Positions 15,973 to 18,513 of a stretch of 18,513 bases of DNA are shown piece by piece. Position numbers and translations under genes: made by a program. The notes below the pieces were generated by a model. The model was not told the DNA's origin and ran no database searches. It worked only from the letters and a program-made list of their open reading frames with translations. Origin of the DNA: Candidatus Muiribacteriota bacterium (GTDB lineage Bacteria > Muiribacteriota > Muiribacteriia > Muiribacteriales > Muiribacteriaceae); NCBI GenBank assembly GCA_051747805.1, contig JBNJGP010000027.1:1-18513 (forward strand). The letters run 5' to 3'. Positions within the stretch are counted from its first letter, which is position 1, and each line of letters opens with the position of its first letter.

Positions 15973-16712
15973 ATAAAAAAGAAAGAATTTTACATATTGA
16001 AAAAATAAATAAAAAATTTGGGAACTTGCATGTTTTAAAAGATGTTTCTTTAGATGTTTTTGAAGGTGAAGTTGTTGTAATTATTGGAGCCAGCGGTTCC
16101 GGCAAAAGCACTCTTTTAAGATGTATAAATTTTTTAGAAATTCCTGATGATGGTTTTGTTAATATTCATGGAGAGGTATTAACTCCATGTTCAAAAAAAC
16201 TTCATAAAATTCGCAAAAAAGTGGGAATGGTTTTTCAACATTTTAATCTTTTCCCCCATATGAAAATTATTAAAAACGTTACTGAAGCGCTTATTAGAGT
16301 AAAAAAATTACCTAAAGATGAGGCTGTTAAACAGGGGCTGGAAATGCTTGAAAAAGTTGGGCTTGATGATAAAGCCGAAGCCTATCCTTCAATGCTTTCA
16401 GGCGGTCAGAAACAAAGGGTTGCAATAGCACGTGCACTTGCTATGAAACCTGAAATTATGCTTTTTGATGAGCCTACTTCCGGTCTCGACCCTGAGCTTG
16501 TAGGCGAAGTGCTTGAAAAAATGAAAGAGCTTGCCCGTGAAGGAACTACTATGGTTGTTGTTACACATGAAATGGGTTTTGCAGAAGAAGTTGGAGATAG
16601 GATAATTTATATGGATGAGGGAAAGATAATAGAAGAGGGAACATATAAAAAGATGTTTTCTAATCCTGAGGAAGAAAGAACAAAAGAATTTTTAAACAGA
16701 ATTATTTCTTGA
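15969..16712 (+). CDS. Polar amino-acid ABC transporter ATP-binding protein (GlnQ-like)
   Basis: Walker [25 protein letters not shown], Walker [16 protein letters not shown]. Confidence 0.96.
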   Translation: MNKKERILHIEKINKKFGNLHVLKDVSLDVFEGEVVVIIGASGSGKSTLLRCINFLEIPDDGFVNIHGEVLTPCSKKLHKIRKKVGMVFQHFNLFPHMKIIKNVTEALIRVKKLPKDEAVKQGLEMLEKVGLDDKAEAYPSMLSGGQKQRVAIARALAMKPEIMLFDEPTSGLDPELVGEVLEKMKELAREGTTMVVVTHEMGFAEEVGDRIIYMDEGKIIEEGTYKKMFSNPEEERTKEFLNRIIS

Positions 16713-16732
16713 GTTTAGCAAATGCATAAAAG

Positions 16733-16765
16733 CTGGACTCCGGCACAAAACATAGCCGGAGTGAC
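16733..16765. repeat. REP-like palindrome (GTCA...CCAG type), single copy in the window
   Basis: CTGG-ACTCCGGC-acaaaacata-GCCGGAGT-GAC; its reverse complement GTCACTCCGGC...GCCGGAGTCCAG resembles GTCATTCCGGC...GCCGGAATCCAG intergenic repeats. Confidence 0.55.
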
Positions 16766-16783
16766 AATTCATTTTGTTTATCC

Positions 16784-16817
16784 GCAACCCTCAGGTTGCT
16801 CTTTGATTCTATTTTTG
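16784..16817 (+). terminator. Possible terminator hairpin between convergent genes
   Basis: GCAACC-ctca-GGTTGC (16784-16799) followed by T-rich sequence. Confidence 0.35.
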
Positions 16818-16840
16818 CTTTTAAACCCAATTAACTCAAG

Positions 16841-18382
16841 TTATTTAATAATTTCTTCAAAATCAGGATATAATTCAAGTAGTTTATTAATCAAATTTTT
16901 ATAAATTATATTTGAAATATCTGATTTTTTCCTGAATGGAAAGTTTTTTGCTAATCTATCCCTGTTTACTTGAGGGTTTGAAGAAATAAAATGTTTTCTG
17001 TAAATGTCTGATGGAACGTTTAAAATATTATTATCATCTAGCTTAAGAGTTTTTTTAAAATTTGAAAGAAGTGAATGATATAAATAATCATACTTAATAT
17101 TTCTGAGATTCGGAAACGGAGCCAGGTCAGCTTCTCTCTGAATATAGGCTGAAAGAATTGAAACAGCATCATTATTTACAGATAATACCCCATAGCCATT
17201 TTTTAAAAAAAGGTATCTACTCTGCACAAAATTATAAAATTTCATCAAGTAATGGCTTCCGATAATAATATCCTCTAAATCAGATTTATCAGAAATTTTG
17301 TCTGTTATCTTAAAACCTGTCCATGAAGGGCGCACATATACAGCCTCTTTCCAAGAAGCAGCCGACTCGTCTTTATCATTAAAGCTTTCTATGTTCCAGT
17401 TTATAAGAGAAAGAGGTTTTTTTTCTCCTTTTTTATAAACTGCCAGAATATAAGCAGATTTAATTGCCGGAAAATACAAAAAATCATCATTGGATCGTGT
17501 TTCAACCAATACAGGAATTTCAATAGGGTGATATGAAAACCCGGATTTAAGGGCTAGTTTTGCATAATCTAATGCACTCCGGGATTCATAAACTAATACT
17601 TCCAGCTCATCAATTTCAAATAAAACATCTATTAAATCAGCTGGTTTCTCCAGGGTATATGTGTTTTCATTATATGTGAATTTTATCTTTTTATAGTTTC
17701 TGGAATTTGTATTATAATTTGACAGTTGATTTAAAACTTTTGCTAAGTTAATTGAATTCTTTATTGTATTAGATGGGAATTCGGCAACTTCTTTTAATTT
17801 ACCCAGCTGCATAATATTTCCCTTGGTTATCTGAGCAAAAGTAGATTCTAAAATGGATTTTTCCTCATCTTCTTCAGATACATTTTTTATAAACTGAAAA
17901 TCTGTAATAGTATTATAATTTTTTTTAATAAAACCAGGACTTTCTTTAATTTGATGAAATGCTGCCCTGAAATTCATTGAAATGGATTCATGATATTTTT
18001 CAAAAATAACTGGTTTAATTTTTATCAACTCGTGTTTATCTAATCTTTCGATAATTCCAGCAAGCTGCATTTTATTTTTATTTGTTAGAATATCAGAAAT
18101 ATTATTTAAATACTGTTTGTATTCAGAATCTTCGAAGCAGGAGATATAATAACTGTATTGTTCCCTGAAATCTGGAGGAAAATAGCTGGAAATAACTTTT
18201 TTAAGATAGGTGGCTGTTTTTATTTTGTTTGAGTGATTTAACTTGGAATTAGCTTCCTCAAGAGACATTGAAGGATAATCATTAACAGTTTTTTCCTCAA
18301 TATAGGTAATTCTTTCACTTAAGGGAAATAGTATTATTTGAAATATTAATAAATATAGTATAAAAAATTTTATTTTATGCAT
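16841..18382 (-). CDS. Secreted or membrane-anchored hypothetical protein (~513 aa; ORF extends to TTG at 18418)
   Basis: Long ORF; ATG 18382 gives a signal-peptide-like MHKIKFFILYLLIFQIILFPLS; no family motif recognised. Confidence 0.75.
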   Translation of the reverse strand: MHKIKFFILYLLIFQIILFPLSERITYIEEKTVNDYPSMSLEEANSKLNHSNKIKTATYLKKVISSYFPPDFREQYSYYISCFEDSEYKQYLNNISDILTNKNKMQLAGIIERLDKHELIKIKPVIFEKYHESISMNFRAAFHQIKESPGFIKKNYNTITDFQFIKNVSEEDEEKSILESTFAQITKGNIMQLGKLKEVAEFPSNTIKNSINLAKVLNQLSNYNTNSRNYKKIKFTYNENTYTLEKPADLIDVLFEIDELEVLVYESRSALDYAKLALKSGFSYHPIEIPVLVETRSNDDFLYFPAIKSAYILAVYKKGEKKPLSLINWNIESFNDKDESAASWKEAVYVRPSWTGFKITDKISDKSDLEDIIIGSHYLMKFYNFVQSRYLFLKNGYGVLSVNNDAVSILSAYIQREADLAPFPNLRNIKYDYLYHSLLSNFKKTLKLDDNNILNVPSDIYRKHFISSNPQVNRDRLAKNFPFRKKSDISNIIYKNLINKLLELYPDFEEIIK

Positions 18383-18497
18383 ATTAATCCAATCAGTTAT
18401 TCTAAAAATTTTATTCAATAAGATAATATAATTATACTATATTTTTGTTAAAAAATCAGTATTTTTCAATAGTTTTTTCTTAATGTTTTTGCTCCTT

Positions 18498-18513
18498 ACT
18501 TCTCACTTCTCAC
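18498..18513. repeat. Heptamer tandem repeat (ACTTCTC)n, truncated at window end
   Basis: ACTTCTC-ACTTCTC-AC. Confidence 0.4.

Noticed and set aside
16722..16904. 60-aa ORF after the ABC ATPase
   Set aside because: It spans the palindromic repeats, overlaps the convergent gene's 3' end and has no RBS.

Overview
An 18.5-kb, AT-rich bacterial chromosomal window with 16 plausible CDSs and no rRNA, tRNA, CRISPR array, transposase or integrase. Recognisable genes: a BMP-family solute-binding protein, a Zn-ribbon/DUF4177-like protein, pfkA, an ATP-grasp enzyme, a secreted HExxH metallopeptidase, a stand-alone CinA-C/PncC, a secreted S9 peptidase, a YbgA-family (DUF523+DUF1722) protein, a BCCT transporter and a polar amino-acid ABC transporter. 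There are also two large secreted unknowns and two small unknowns. The most interesting signals are non-coding. (1) At the left edge (1-82, truncated) is a periodic array of short perfect hairpins whose stems all differ in sequence but are joined by an invariant TTTACT linker, followed by a possible three-way-junction domain (85-147). (2) Between pncC and a convergent gene is a correctly spaced sigma54 promoter pointing at a ~80-nt ORF-less unit whose terminator hairpin displays a C-rich loop complementary to the G-rich ribosome-binding sites in this window, i.e. a candidate sigma54-dependent sRNA. Also noted: two apparently leaderless genes, a probable ATC start codon, a bidirectional promoter and a degenerate GIY-YIG-like protein. 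Family calls come from motif recognition by eye, not from database searches.
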